64,000 bases of DNA from Mobula hypostoma. Taxonomy: Eukaryota. Numbering within the stretch: position 1 is the stretch's first letter; every line of letters begins with the position of its first letter. The DNA lies in the NCBI RefSeq assembly GCF_963921235.1, contig NC_086097.1, positions 168,084,001 to 168,148,000 of the forward strand, in the 5' to 3' direction. The notes under the pieces were generated by a model that saw nothing but the letters and a program-made list of their open reading frames with translations, searched no databases and was not told the origin of the DNA. Below are positions 51,101 to 63,692 of this stretch, piece by piece. Both the position numbers and the translations under genes were made by a program.

Positions 51101-51950
51101 GGAATAAAAACTTAGCCTGGTCAATACCACCTTCTCCCCCGCCACCCCGACCGGGTCCTGGCAATATCCTTGTAAGTTGTTTCTGAACTCTTACCAGTTT
51201 AACTACTGTATATCTTTTCTATAACAGTCAACAAAACTGTGCATAGTACTCAGCCTCACCAATGAGTTATACAACTGGAACATAATGTCCCAACTCAAAT
51301 ATCGGTGCCCTGCTTTTTAACCACCCTGTCTACCAGTGACATTGCCTTCAATGAACAATGCACTTTTGGTCTGAAGTCCCTTTGTTCCATTACACTCTCT
51401 AGTGCCCTAACATTCATTGTACAAGTCCTACACTGGTTTGACTTTAAAAAAATGCATCATCTCACACTTGCCTGTATTGAAATCCAGTTGTGTCCCCTTA
51501 GCCCATTTCTCTAACTGATCAAAATCCCTGTAATCCATGATAAATAACTTTCTGAACCATCAACAGCACTAGTTTTGTATCACCACAAACTTGTGTGCAT
51601 TGGCATCCAAGTCATTTATATAAATAATGAATAGCAAGGTTCCCAACACTAACCCCTAAGCAACACAGTTGATCACCAGCATCCTCAACCTTCAGCTACC
51701 TCCCTCTGCTTCCTAACACTGAGCCAATTTTGAATTCCCCTAACTAACTCTCCCTGGATTCCATGGGACCTAAACTTCCAGAGCAGATTGCCATATGGGA
51801 CCTTGTAGAAAGTCTTGCTAAGGTCCAAGTATGCAACCCTGCCTTTTTGGTTACCTCTTCAAAAAACATTTAAAGCTATGCTGACCTCACTGAATCAGAC
51901 TCTGTCTATCCAACCAAAGGTTAACTCACTGGGCTAAATTATCTCCTACA
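48165..51950. mobile_element. Cluster of decayed Rex1-like and CR1 3' fragments
   Basis: YFLRRLKK...LTNLYR (ORF 48527..); RGDLLEVYKMMRG (ORF 49663..); several CATAGAA-type tails. Confidence 0.7.
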
Positions 51951-52149
51951 TTGTAAGGAAAATGATAAAACTATGTTTTTAACAAAAGGAAAATGACCAG
52001 ATAATCTGTTTCAGTGATAAATATTGACTTGGATATTGGGTACAAATCTTTCTTCTTTATGCCTCCCTGCATGGCCATGCTAGGTTTGGAGCACAGTTTA
52101 ATGTCGCTTTCAGAAATAGCAATTGTGACAATGCAGCACTCTCTCGATA

Positions 52150-54750
52150 ATGGCTGGATTTTCTGGGAGCATTTTGGAAGGCACGGGATAGCTATATCCC
52201 AAAGGAGAAGAAATATTCTAAAAGGAGAATGACAAGGGAAGTCAAGGACAGCATAAAAGCAAAAGAGAGGGGCATAGAATATAGAAAAAAAAAGGGAAGC
52301 TAGAGGATTGGGAAGCTTTTAAAAACAACGGAAAACAACAAAAAAGCTTCAAGGAGAGCGAATAGGAAATATGAATGTATGTAAGTTACCCAATATTATA
52401 AAAGAGGAACCAAAAGTATTTTCACATATGCAAAGAGTAAAAGAGAGGTGAGAGTGGATATTGGACTGCTGAAGAATGATGCTGGAAAGGGAATAATAGG
52501 GAACAAAGAAATGATGGATAAACTTAATACGTATTTTGCATCAGTCTTCATTGTGGAAGACACTAGCCAGAAATTCAAGAGTGTCCGGGGGCAGAAATGG
52601 CTGTAGTTGCTATTACTAAGGAAAAGGTGCTTGAGAAGCTGAAAAGTCTGAAGGTAGGTAAATCACCTGGACCAGATGGACTACACCCAGAGTTCTGAAA
52701 GAGATAGCTGAAGAGGTTGTGGAGGCATTAGAAGTGTTCTTTCAAGAATCACTTGATTCTGGAATGGTTCCAGAGGATTGGAAAATTGCGAATACCACTC
52801 CATTTTTTAAGAAGGAGGGATGCAAAAAACAGGAAACTATAGGCCAGTTAGCTTGACCTAAGTGCTTACTAAGATGTTGGAGGCCATGATTAAAGATGAG
52901 GTTTAGGAGTATTTGGAGGCTCAAAATAAAATAGACTGAAGTCAACATGGTTTCCTTAAGGGGAAATCTTGCCTGACAAATCTGTTGGAATTCCTTGAGG
53001 AAATAACAAACAGGATAGACAAAAGAGTCAATGGATATTGTTTACTTTGACAAGATGCTGCACACAAGGCTATTAAACAAGGTAAGGGTCCATGGTATTA
53101 TAGGAAAAATACTAACATGGATAGAAGATTGGTTGACTGGCAGGAGCAAAGAGTGGGAATAAAGGGGGCTTACTCAGTCCATGGCCTCCTCTACTTTCGC
53201 AATGAGGCCACACTCAACACCTTATATTCCATCTGTTAGCCTCTAACCTGATGGCATGAAAATCGATTTCCTGAACTTCCGATAACTGCCCTCTTCACCA
53301 TTCCCCAGTCCCATTTCCTTCTCTCACCTTATCTCCTTACCACCTCCTTCCCCCACCCCCCATATCCTCCTCTGGTGCTCCTCCCCTTTCCCTTTCTTCC
53401 ATGGTCTTCTACCCTCTTCTATCAAATTCCCCCTTCCCCAGCCCTTTATCTCTTTCACCAATCAACTTCCCAGCTCTTTGCTCACCTCTCACGATTTCAC
53501 CTACCAGCTTGTACTTCTTCCTACTCACCCTCCATCTCTTACTCTGACTTTTCATCATTTTTCCAGTCCTGATGAACGGTCTTGTCTGAAACATCGACTG
53601 TTTACTCTTTCCATAGATGGTGCCTAGCCTGCTGAGTTCCTCCAGCATTTTGTGTGTATAGCCTATTCTGGTTGGCTGCTGGTGACTCGTAGTGTTCCGC
53701 ACAAGTTTAGCATTGAGGCTGCTTCCTTCTACATTGTATGTCAATGATTTGGATGATGGAATTGATGGATTTGTGGCCAAATTTGCAGATAATGCAAAGA
53801 TGCATGGATGGACAGGTGGTGTTGAGATAACAGGGAGTCTGCAGAGGATATAGCCAGATTAGGAGAATGGTGATCGATTGCAGTGTAGGGAAGTGTATGG
53901 TCATGCACTTTTGTAGAATGAATAAAGGTGTAGACTATTTCCTAAATGGGAGAAAATTCAGAAATCAGAGGTGCAAAGGGATTTGAGAGTCCTTTTGCAG
54001 GGTCCCTAAAGGTTAACTTTCAAGTTGAGTCGGTGGTCAGGAAGGTACATGTAATTTTAGCAATAATTTTGAGAAGATTTGAATATAATTTTTAATAAAA
54101 ATATTTTTGAGAATATGACATTTTACCAAATTTTAATTAAAAAATTTTTGGGATGACTACGATATAGAAACATAAGGCATTGGTCAGACCACACTTAGAG
54201 TACTGTGAGCAGTTTTGGTCCCCTTATCTAAGAAAATATGTGCCGGCAGGGAAAGTACATATGATGATTCCATGAATGAAAAAGTTAACATATGAGGAGC
54301 ATTTGTTAGCTCTGGGCCTGCACTCACTGGAGTTTAGAAGAATGAGGGTGGATCTCATTGAAACCTGTCAAATATTGAAAGGTCTGGATAGAATGGAAGT
54401 GGAGAAGATGGCTTCCATAGTGGGGGGAATCTAAGACCAGAGTGTACAGCCTCAAAACAGAAGGATGTCCCTTTAGAACAGAAATAAGGAGGAATTTCTT
54501 CAGCCAGAGGGTAGTGAATCTGTGGAATTCTTTGCCGTAGATGACTGTGGAGGCCAAGTCATTGGGTATATTAGAGCAGATATTGTTAGGTTCTTAATTA
54601 GTAAGAACATCAAAGGTTACAGGGAAAAGGCAGGAGAATGGGTTTAGGAGGGACAATTAATCAGCCACACAGGAATAGTGGAGCAGTCTCGATGGGGTGG
54701 GTGAATGGCCTAATTCTTCTCCTATGTCATATGATCTTCTGTTTTATGGT
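52150..54750 (+). mobile_element. Decayed CR1 ORF2 with a Penelope-like insert at 53175-53658
   Basis: Sequence encoding KSPGPDG, NYRPVSLT and QHGF.KGKSCLTNLLEF; CR1 3' UTR. Confidence 0.85.
53564..53600 (+). ncRNA. Minimal hammerhead motif in a Penelope-like fragment (53175-53658)
   Basis: CAGTC-CTGATGA-ACGGTCTTGTCT-GAAA-CA-TC-GACTG; core intact, stem II damaged. Confidence 0.7.
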
Positions 54751-55876
54751 AATAGATCAGTGTCTAAGCTTAGATCTTTGAGCTCAGGTTGTTGGAATGG
54801 GGTTTAAATTGACAACTGTGTGACTCTGAGTTGAGAAGCTCTCCCTGCAAGCCACAAGCCATCAAATTAGGTTCATTTAGGAGCAAAAGCATTGTTCACT
54901 AATTTGTATTCTCACCCAGCTAAGATCAACCAAACGTCAAAGTCTTGACCACACTTTTAGGCCTCCTCCTTCTTAGCCACTAGAACCACTTCTCTCACTG
55001 CACTCTGTAATATGATTTGGAATGTCTTTTTATTTCAAAGGTACTGCATCAATAAGCATTGTTACCATATCACCAAGGTAATTTGTATAAATGTTAAAGG
55101 TGTCTATTCGTTAATATACAATACCCTTCTACCAGAAGTGTAAGATGGTGCCTGGATGGGAAAGGTTTAGAGGGATATGGGCCAAACCAGGCAAATGAGA
55201 TGAGCACAGATAGGCATCTTGGTCTACATGAACAAGTTGGGCTGAATGGCCTGTTTCCATGCTGTATAATTCTATGAGCTTAAGTCAGAGCTGGAGGAGG
55301 CCATTTGACCGTTAAAGCTTCTTCACTCAAAAATACTAAGCCTGACCTTTTGTCTCAACTCTACATTCTTGTTTGATCCCCAAATCCCTCAATTCCCAGT
55401 CAATGGACATACACAGACATCCAGGGAAAAGAATTTAATGGTGGGATGCATAAACAACATAGGTTTCTACCCAGTGTCTAAGTTGATTGCTCTCACAATA
55501 CTGAAGGATTTCTCCTTATCTTAGTTCTAAGTAATCTTTTTTTTTGGTGACATGTGGCTCACAGGGTGACATTCTCACCTCTATGGCCTAGAATTGTGGG
55601 TTGTTCTTCAACCTGGCGTGTGGGACTTCAGGATTATGTACCTCACGCCCAATGGTAGCTGTGAGAAGGTAGCGTTGCCCAGGTGATGGGGACCTTTGGT
55701 GATGGTTATGAAATACTCTGAAATGGGCAGGAACAATGAGGTATTGTCCTTTTTGTGAAAAACTATGGGCTGGAATAGACAGACATGAGGTAAGGGGCAA
55801 TATCTCATATCTGTTGAAGAGGCAGACCTGACAGAGGAGGACCACAGTGAACAAGACTCTGTCATTTTTTTTTTGA

Positions 55877-58600
55877 TAGGAAGGTAGGCAAAGGGGGTGG
55901 CGTGGCCCTGATGGTAAGTAATGATATCAAATCAATAGAAAGAAGGGACATAGGATCAGAAGAGGTCGACTCCTCATGGGTAGAATTAAGAAATGGCAAG
56001 GGTAAAAAGACACTAATAGCAGTCATATACAGGCCTCCAAACAGCAGCTGGGATGTGGACTACAAGTTGCAGCTGGAAATAGAAAAAGCGTGTCAGAAGG
56101 AAAATGTCAAGATAATTATGGGAGATTTTAATATGAAAGTGGATTGGGAAAGTCAGGAAGGTAATGGATCTCAGGAAAGGGAGTTTGTAGAATGCCTACA
56201 GGATGGCTTTTTGGAGCAGCTTGTCCAGAACCCACCAGCGGACTGGCTGTTTTGGATTGGGTGCTGTGTAACGAACCGGAGGCGATTAGGGAGCTGGAGA
56301 TAAAGGAACCCCTTGGAAGTAGTGACCATAATATGATTGAGTTCAGTTTCAAATTTGAAAAGGAGAAGCTGGTATCAGGTGTATCGATATTTCAGTGGAA
56401 CAGGGGAAATTACAGTGGTATGAGAGAGAAACTGGCCCAAGTTGATTGGAAAAGTAAGCTAAATGGAGAGACGGCAGAGCAGAATTGAATGAAATTCCTA
56501 CAAGAAATAAGGAAAATGCAGGAAAAATATATTCCAAGCAAAAAGAAAATCATGAATGGAAAAATGGCACAAATGTGGCTAACGAGAGAGGTTAAGACAA
56601 AAATAAAAGCAAAAGAAATGGCGTACAAGGAAGCAAAAATTAGTGGGAAAAATGAGGACTGGAAGACTTTTAAAAACTTACAGAAGGAAACTAAGAAAGT
56701 CATTAGGAAAGAAAAGATGAATTATGCAAGGAAGTTGGCGATTAACATAAAAAAGGATACTAAGAGTTTTTTAAAATATATGAAAGGTAAAAGAGTGACA
56801 AGGGTAGATACGGAACCGATTGAAAATGATGCTGGAGAAATTATAATGGATAACAAAGAGATGGCGGAGGAACTGAATAAGTATTTTGCATCAGTCTTCA
56901 CAGTAGAAGACATGAGCAATATACCTGATAGCCAGAGGTATCAGGGAATAGAATTAGGTACAGTCAAGATTACTAGAGAGAAAGTGCTTGGGAAGCTAAG
57001 TGGACTAAGAATAGATAAGTCTCCCGGTCCGGATGAGGTGCACCCAAGGGTTCTGAAGGGGGTGGCTTTGGAGATTGTGTAAGCATTGGAAATGATGTTC
57101 CAGGAATCAATAGACTCTGGCATGGTTCCGGAGGACTGGAAGGTCACAAATGTAGTTCCGCTATTTAAGAAAGGAAGGAGGCAGCAAAAAGAAAATTACA
57201 GACCTATTAGTCTGACATCGGTAGTTTGAAAGATATTGGAGTCGATCCTCAAGGACGAGGTTATGAAATACCTCGAGGTGCATGACAAGATAGGCCGAAG
57301 CCAGCATGGTTTCATGAAGGGAAGATCCTGCCTCACCAACCTATTGGAATTTTTTGAGGTAATCTCGAATAAGATTGACAAGGGAGAGGCTGTGGATGTT
57401 GTGTATTTGGATTTTCAAAAGGCCTTCAATAAGGTGCCGCATATGAGGCTGCTTAATAAGATGAGAGCCCATGAAATTATAGGAAAGATATTGAAATGGG
57501 TGGAGCATTGGCTGATAGGCAGAAAGCAAAGGGTGGGAATAAAGGGATCCTATTCTGATTGATTGCCGGTTACTAGTGGTGTTCTGCAGGGGTCGGTGTT
57601 GGGGCCGCTTCTTTTTACGATGTATATCGATGATTTGGATTATGGATTAAATGGTTTTGTGGCTAAGTTTGCGGATGACACCAAGATAGGTGGAGGAGCA
57701 GGAAATGTTGAAGAAACGGAAAGGTTGCAGAGAGACTTAGTCAGTTTAGGGGAGTGGGCAAAGAAATGGCAGATGAGATACACCGTTGACAAATGTACAG
57801 TTGTACATTTCAGAAGAAGAAATAATCGGGCAGATTATTATTTAGATGGGGAGAAAATTCAAAAATCAGAAGTGCAAAGGGACTTGGGGGTCCTCGTGCA
57901 GGATACCCTAAAGGTTAACCACCAAGTTGGATCGGCGGTAAGGAAAGTGAATGCTATGTTGGCATTCATTTCAAGAGGAATAGTGTATAAGAGTAAGGAG
58001 GTGTTGATGAGGCTCTATGGGACATTAGTGAGACCTCATTTGGAATACCATGTGCAGGTTTGGGCCCCCTATCTTAGAAAGGATGTACTGATGTTGGAGA
58101 GAGTTCAGAGAAGATTTACGAGGATGATTCCTGGAATGCAGGGGCTAACATATGAGGAGCGTTTGTCGGCTCTTGGATTGTATTCATTAGAGTATAGAAG
58201 AATGAGAGGGGATCTCATAGAAACGTTTTGAATGTTGCAAGGGTTGGACAGAGTAGATGTGGAAAGGTTGTTTCCCTTGGTGGGTGAGTCCAGGACAAGA
58301 GGCCATAGTCTTAGAATTAGAGGGTACCCAGTTAAAACAGAGATGAGGAGAAATTTTTTTAGCTAGAGGGTCGTGGATTTGTGGAATTCATTGCCACATA
58401 CAGCTGTGGAGGCCCGATCATTGAGGGTGTTTAAGGAGGAGATTGACAGGTATCTAATTAGTCAGGGTATCAAAGGATATGGGGAAAAAGCCGGAAATTG
58501 GAACTAGATGGGTGAATAGTTTAGCTCATGGGGGAGCTGCGGAGCAGACTTGATGGGCCGAATGGCCTATTTCTGTTCCTTTGTCTTGTGATCTTGTCTT
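55877..58600 (+). mobile_element. 5'-truncated CR1 ORF2 (endonuclease and RT) with in-frame stops
   Basis: Colinear ORFs 55902.., 56192.., 56489.., 57236.. and 57563.. with IYRPPNS, MGDFN, SDHN and FADD. Confidence 0.93.
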
Positions 58601-59639
58601 GTGAATACCCCATTGTATTATTCTCTCAATTTAACTATGTGACAGTGATAGATCGTGAAATTGGGTCATTTTATTATTACTACTACATCGACTCAGGCCT
58701 AGTAAAGTCTAATCAGAGGTCTAATAAAGTCACCACCTGAGGTAATGGGCCTAGTCTCAGACTCCAATGGCATCCAGAGCCTCAGTGGCCAGCAGAAGAG
58801 ATAATTGTTACTAGGATAATAGGAGATAAGCAGTGGTACTACAGAGAAATACCTAAGTGATCAGGCCTGGGAGTCAGAATCAGAATCAGATTTACTACCA
58901 CTGACATGTGTCATAACATTTGTTGTTTTGTGACAGAAGTAGAGTGCAAGACATAAAAATTACCATGATTTAAATTTTAAAAATAGTGCAAATGAGAAAT
59001 AACAAAGTAGCATTCTCAGGTTCATGGACCATTCAGAAATCTGACGGTGGATGGGAAGAAGCCATTCCTAAACTGTTGAGTGTGTATCTTCAAACTCCTG
59101 TACCTCTGCCTCTTCTTTGGTAGTAATGAGAAGAGAGCATGTTCTGAATGGTGAAGTCCTTAATGACGAATGCCACCTTCTTGAGGCATTGCACATTGGA
59201 GGCTCCATACAACCGATTAGAATGTTTTCTACTGAAGATACATCTGTAGAAATTTCAAAGTCTTTGGTGACCTACCAAAACTCCTCAAATGAGATCTTCA
59301 TGGAGAATCAGCACTTTGCATGAATTGTCAGGAGCAATCAATTCCACACTCCTCTGCATGTGGTTTGCTCAGTACCAATAAATAGATTGCCACACAAATG
59401 ATAATGTTGGAAATGGAAGTGACACTGGGGCAATCAATAGTCCAGCTTACATAGGACAAAGGTGATTAAAGTACTGTGTGTCTGACTTGGATTGGGCTAT
59501 CAATGTGATGTTGTCTCAATGGAGGAGAACTGGAGTAGGGGTGAGATTGATCCTGGAAACATGATTTAACTGCTTAATAAATTGGAAAGAGAAATGGAAA
59601 CATGAGACCAACACTTAGAAGGAAAACCCCCTAATTCAG

Positions 59640-60074
59640 TGTCACAACCACAGACTCTGCTGTAGGCAGGCAGCTGAAACGAGTCAGCAATCATGCTCAT
59701 GCACGTTCCAGTCAAATAGGGCTTTTTTGCAGTTATATTTAACTCCCTTCATTTCGTTTCAGTCTTCTCGAATCTTAACCAAAGCACAGAAACACCACAC
59801 TCCCTGCTTACCTTACTCCATGTTCTGGGAAATAAAGATTACAATTTAGATTGCTGCTGTAAAGGAGAAGTATTAATTTAGTATTAAGTTACTGCTTCCG
59901 AGGCCCAGTGATGGCATTAGATTTTAGATTGAGAGTTTTAGCTAGTAGCCCTGTTGGCCTGGCATTTGTTGTTTACCTTTGACTCTGCACAGTTCCTATT
60001 AAAACTCAGTGAACTATTCATTCCACTTCTGTGTCTCTTCCACTGCACTTGGGTCATTACCGAACATCACGTCA
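59640..60074 (+). mobile_element. Candidate solo LTR
   Basis: TGTCACA...CA ends, flanks TTCAG/TTCAA, TATA-like TATATTTAA, ATTAAA near the 3' end. Confidence 0.45.
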
Positions 60075-61244
60075 TTCAAAGATTCCGGTGATAGATGTCA
60101 AAGACTGATCATCTTGTCTTGGTGGGTTGTACACCGTACAAGCTGGGAGGGCTTGTACAAGTAAAGACAAGAAATCCACACCTGGAGAAGAAGGCCAAAA
60201 TCGTATGCAGTAGTCTTGCGGCCTGACCAAAGTTCAATATCACTACTGAAAGACCATCATCCTGCAAATCCCCTGTACATAAGTCAAAAGCATATTTGAC
60301 TTCCTAGTTGTTTATTATTCTTGAGCAATAGCTTACTATGATTTATGCAAGGGTTGATTCATATGAAAGGCAGCATTAACAAAACATAGGCAATTTTAAG
60401 TACATTATTTAAGCATGATACAATTCAAATATTCTTTGCCACTGGCGCCATTATTTCATGACTTTGTCACTGGATGTTATCCAGCCCATTCAGAATTCTG
60501 ATGGTGAAGGGAAAGAAGCTGTTTCTGAATCATTGAGAATGGGTCTTTAGGCTTCTGTGCCTTCTCTCCTCTGGTAACAATGAGAAAAGGGCATCTCCCA
60601 ATTGCTGAGAGTCCTTACTGATGCCTTCTTGAGGAACCAACCACCTCTTGAAGATGTCCTCTGGTGGTGGGGAAGTTTGTGCCCATGATGGAGCTAGCTG
60701 AAACTATAACCTGCAGCCTCTATTGGATATTATCTCCATTAATCTACCCTTTAATAAAATGACAGAACCAAACAAGTGCTCAAGTGGAAGTGGCAGGGAG
60801 ATGGACAGATGGGGGAAATGGTGGGAGTCATTCACTATTGTATCTTTCGTACACCTGGGAGTAACTGGCAATCATTATTGTCATGGATACCTAGATACAG
60901 TGAAAAACCTTGCTTTGCCTGCCATCCATAGAAATAATTTCAAAAGATAAGTACATTGAGGTAAAGTAGAATATAGTTTTAAAGATACAGAGAAAGTACG
61001 GTGCAGGTTGACTGTGATGTAGAATGGCCATACCAAGGTAGATTGTGAGGTAAAAGGTTCATCTTTATCATACATGAAGTCCATTTAATTACCTTCTAAC
61101 TGTGGGATAGAAGCTGACCTTAAACCAGGTTGTGTATGTTTTCAATCTTTTGTATCTTTTTCCTGCTGGAAGAGGGGAGAAGAGAGAATGTTTGGGGTGG
61201 GAAGGGTTATTACTATGTTTAAGGAAAAGTCTACAGGTGCCGGA

Positions 61245-62005
61245 TAGCCAAAGCAACAGGCAGCGTCTATGGAAATGAATAAATAGCCGATGTTTTGGGC
61301 TGAGACCCTTCTTCAGGGCTGAAAAGGAAGGGGGAAGTTTCCAGAATAAAAAGGTAGAGGGAGATGATGGAGGATAGTTAAAAGGTGATAGGTGAAGCCT
61401 GGTGGGTTGGAAAGATAAAGGGCTGGAGAAGAAGGAATCTGATAGGAGAGGAGAGTGGACCGTGGGAGAACGGAACAGAGGAGGGGACCAAGGTTGAGAC
61501 AAAAACAGGTGAGAAGAGGTAGGGGGCAAGAGTGAGAAATAGAATAGGGGAGGGGGAGGGAAATTATTTTTACTGGAAGGAGAAATCGATATTCATGCCA
61601 TCAGTGTTGTTCCTCCACCATGAGAGTGGCCTCATTTTGGGACAAAAGGAGGCCATGGACGACATATTGGAACAGGAATGGGAATAGGAATTAAAATATT
61701 TGGCCATTGGGAAGTTCTGCTTTTGGCAGATGTAGTGGTGACGCTTGATGAAGCGGTCCCCCAATTTACAACGGCTCTGACCAATGCATCGGGAGCACCA
61801 GACACAATGGATGACCCCAGCAGGTTTGCAGGTTAAATGTTGTCTCACCTGAAAGCACTGATTGGGGCCCTGAATGGAGGTGACTGGGCAGATGTAGCTT
61901 TTAGGTCGCTTGCAGGGATAAGTGGCAGGTGGGAGATTATTGGGGTGTGATGAATGGACGAGAGAAAGCAGAGAGGGGGAGGTAAAGATATGTTTAGTGG
62001 TCAGA
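61245..62005 (-). mobile_element. Penelope-like 3' fragment including decayed GIY-YIG endonuclease
   Basis: ORF 61570..61848(-) TC...GVIHCVWCSRC..IGQSRCKLGDRF, with the hammerhead downstream. Confidence 0.8.
61285..61320 (-). ncRNA. Minimal hammerhead motif with covarying stem I
   Basis: AGCC-CTGAAGA-AGGGTCTCAGCCC-AAAA-CA-TC-GGCT. Confidence 0.7.
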
Positions 62006-62478
62006 TCCCTTTGGAGATGGATTCCTTTGGATTATGTTGTCTGTTTAACTGAGATAGCACAAAGTGTTGACATAGTCAATGGAGGGGAGGCTGTTTTTTA
62101 TGAGGTGCTGAGCTGTTTCCACAACTCTGCAGTTTATTGCAATCATGTGCAGAGAAGTTGCAATAGTAAGCTGTGATCCATTGAATTAGGATAACTTCCA
62201 TCATGCATTTATAAAAATGTATGCCGAATTTCCTTAGCCTTCTGAGGAAGTAAAGGTGCTGGAGTGCTTTCTTGGCTCCATATAAGGACCATTATCACTG
62301 ATGTTTACACCTAGGGTCTTGAAGCTTTCAACCATCTCCACCTCAGCAGCATGATGCTTACAGGGAAGTGTGCACTACTCCATTTTCTGAAAGCAACAAC
62401 CAGCTTCTTTTGTTTTGCTGACCCTGAGGAAGAGGTTGTTGTCCTGACACAATGCCACCAGGCTCTCTATGAGCTTAT

Positions 62479-62761
62479 TGTTGTGTATTTAATATATCAA
62501 TAATATTTGAGTAAGATTGTAAATAAACTGTTTGATTAACAATTCTTTATTTGTTTAAATAATTCAGTACGGGTTATATTCTTTATTTAAATAATTCATT
62601 ATGGGCTATATGTAAAAGTACATCAATGGTATATGTCATTATATCACCATGTCATAAGTGCGCATTTCACTAAAGTAACGAAGGAAGTAGACACAAGTCA
62701 TCCTCAGCTCTCCTGTGTGTTTTTTTTCTTTCAGTTAACTTTTGGAATTACAAAACATAAC
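62479..62761 (+). mobile_element. Candidate Gypsy LTR with start of leader
   Basis: TGTTGTG start and ...CATAAC end, followed by a decayed TGGCGACGAG-like PBS (GGTGATGATGAG). Confidence 0.5.
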
Positions 62762-62829
62762 GGTGATGATGAGTAAGTTTTAAAACAAACCTGAGAAAAC
62801 TACCTACCTGTTGAAGCTCAGCGAGATGT

Positions 62830-63692
62830 GAAGGCGGAGCTTAGGAGAGTTAATGGTGCCTAACGGCGACTCCTTCACTTGCATCTTTGGAGACAGCTCT
62901 ATTTCCATCTTTAATATCTCTATTTTTCCCTTTCAAGGTTCTTTTGAAGACCCCGACCTGGAATTACACGCTGACTACGGTTCTTTGCGGGAATGGGACC
63001 CGCTCTCGGGGTTTCACGACTGGCCGTTGTTCGGCATGACAAGGGCTCAGCCTAAGAGCTCTGCTCGCCTTTGGAGGACCAAGTTTTTGTGGTTCTGGAG
63101 AAGGGGGGGATTGGAGGTCGGTGCCTCTGCAGAAGATCGGTGTGTTGTGGGAGCTGGAAGATCTCTGGCTGAGATCTTTGGGCACAGGACTCGGAAAAAG
63201 TGAGGCAACAGACTTTTAACACCGTAAATCAGCAAGTTATTTGTTATGTCTCCCCTCTTGCTGTGAAACGGGGTGGCGGGTGCCAATGCTTTTTTGCTGG
63301 TGGGGGGAGAGGGAATTGTTGCTTGCTGCCGCTTACACTCAAGAGGGAGGGGAGTGGGGGGTACTTTGGAGTTCTAACATTTAACTGTCATCCATTCTTT
63401 GGGGGCACTCCTCTGTTTTCGTTGATGGTTGCGAAGAGAAAGCATTTCAGGATGTATATTAAAACAACAGGAATTCTGCAGATGCTGGAAATTCAAGCAA
63501 CACACATAAAAGTTGCTGGTGAACGCAGCAGGCCAGGCAGCATCTCTAGGAAGAGGTGCAGTCGATGTTTCAGGCCCAGACCCTTCATCAGGACCTCTTC
63601 CTAGAGATGCTGCCTGGCCTGCTGCGTTCACCAGCAACTTTTATGCAGGATGTATGTTGTATACATTTCTCTGACATTAAATGTACCTTTGA
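62830..63692 (+). mobile_element. CpG-rich non-autonomous retroelement carrying the palindromic hammerhead insert
   Basis: GC/CpG-rich body, ATTAAA plus ACCTTTGAA-like tail; interrupted at 63461-63645. Confidence 0.5.
63560..63594 (-). ncRNA. Minimal hammerhead motif with intact core, in the spacer of a 53-bp palindrome
   Basis: GTC-CTGATGA-AGGGTCTGGGCCT-GAAA-CA-TC-GACT. Confidence 0.78.

Noticed and set aside
59812..59856. 45-bp minus-strand exon with good splice sites
   Set aside because: It lies inside a probable solo LTR and no compatible partner exon was found. The neighbouring candidate at 60061-60181 has stops in all frames.
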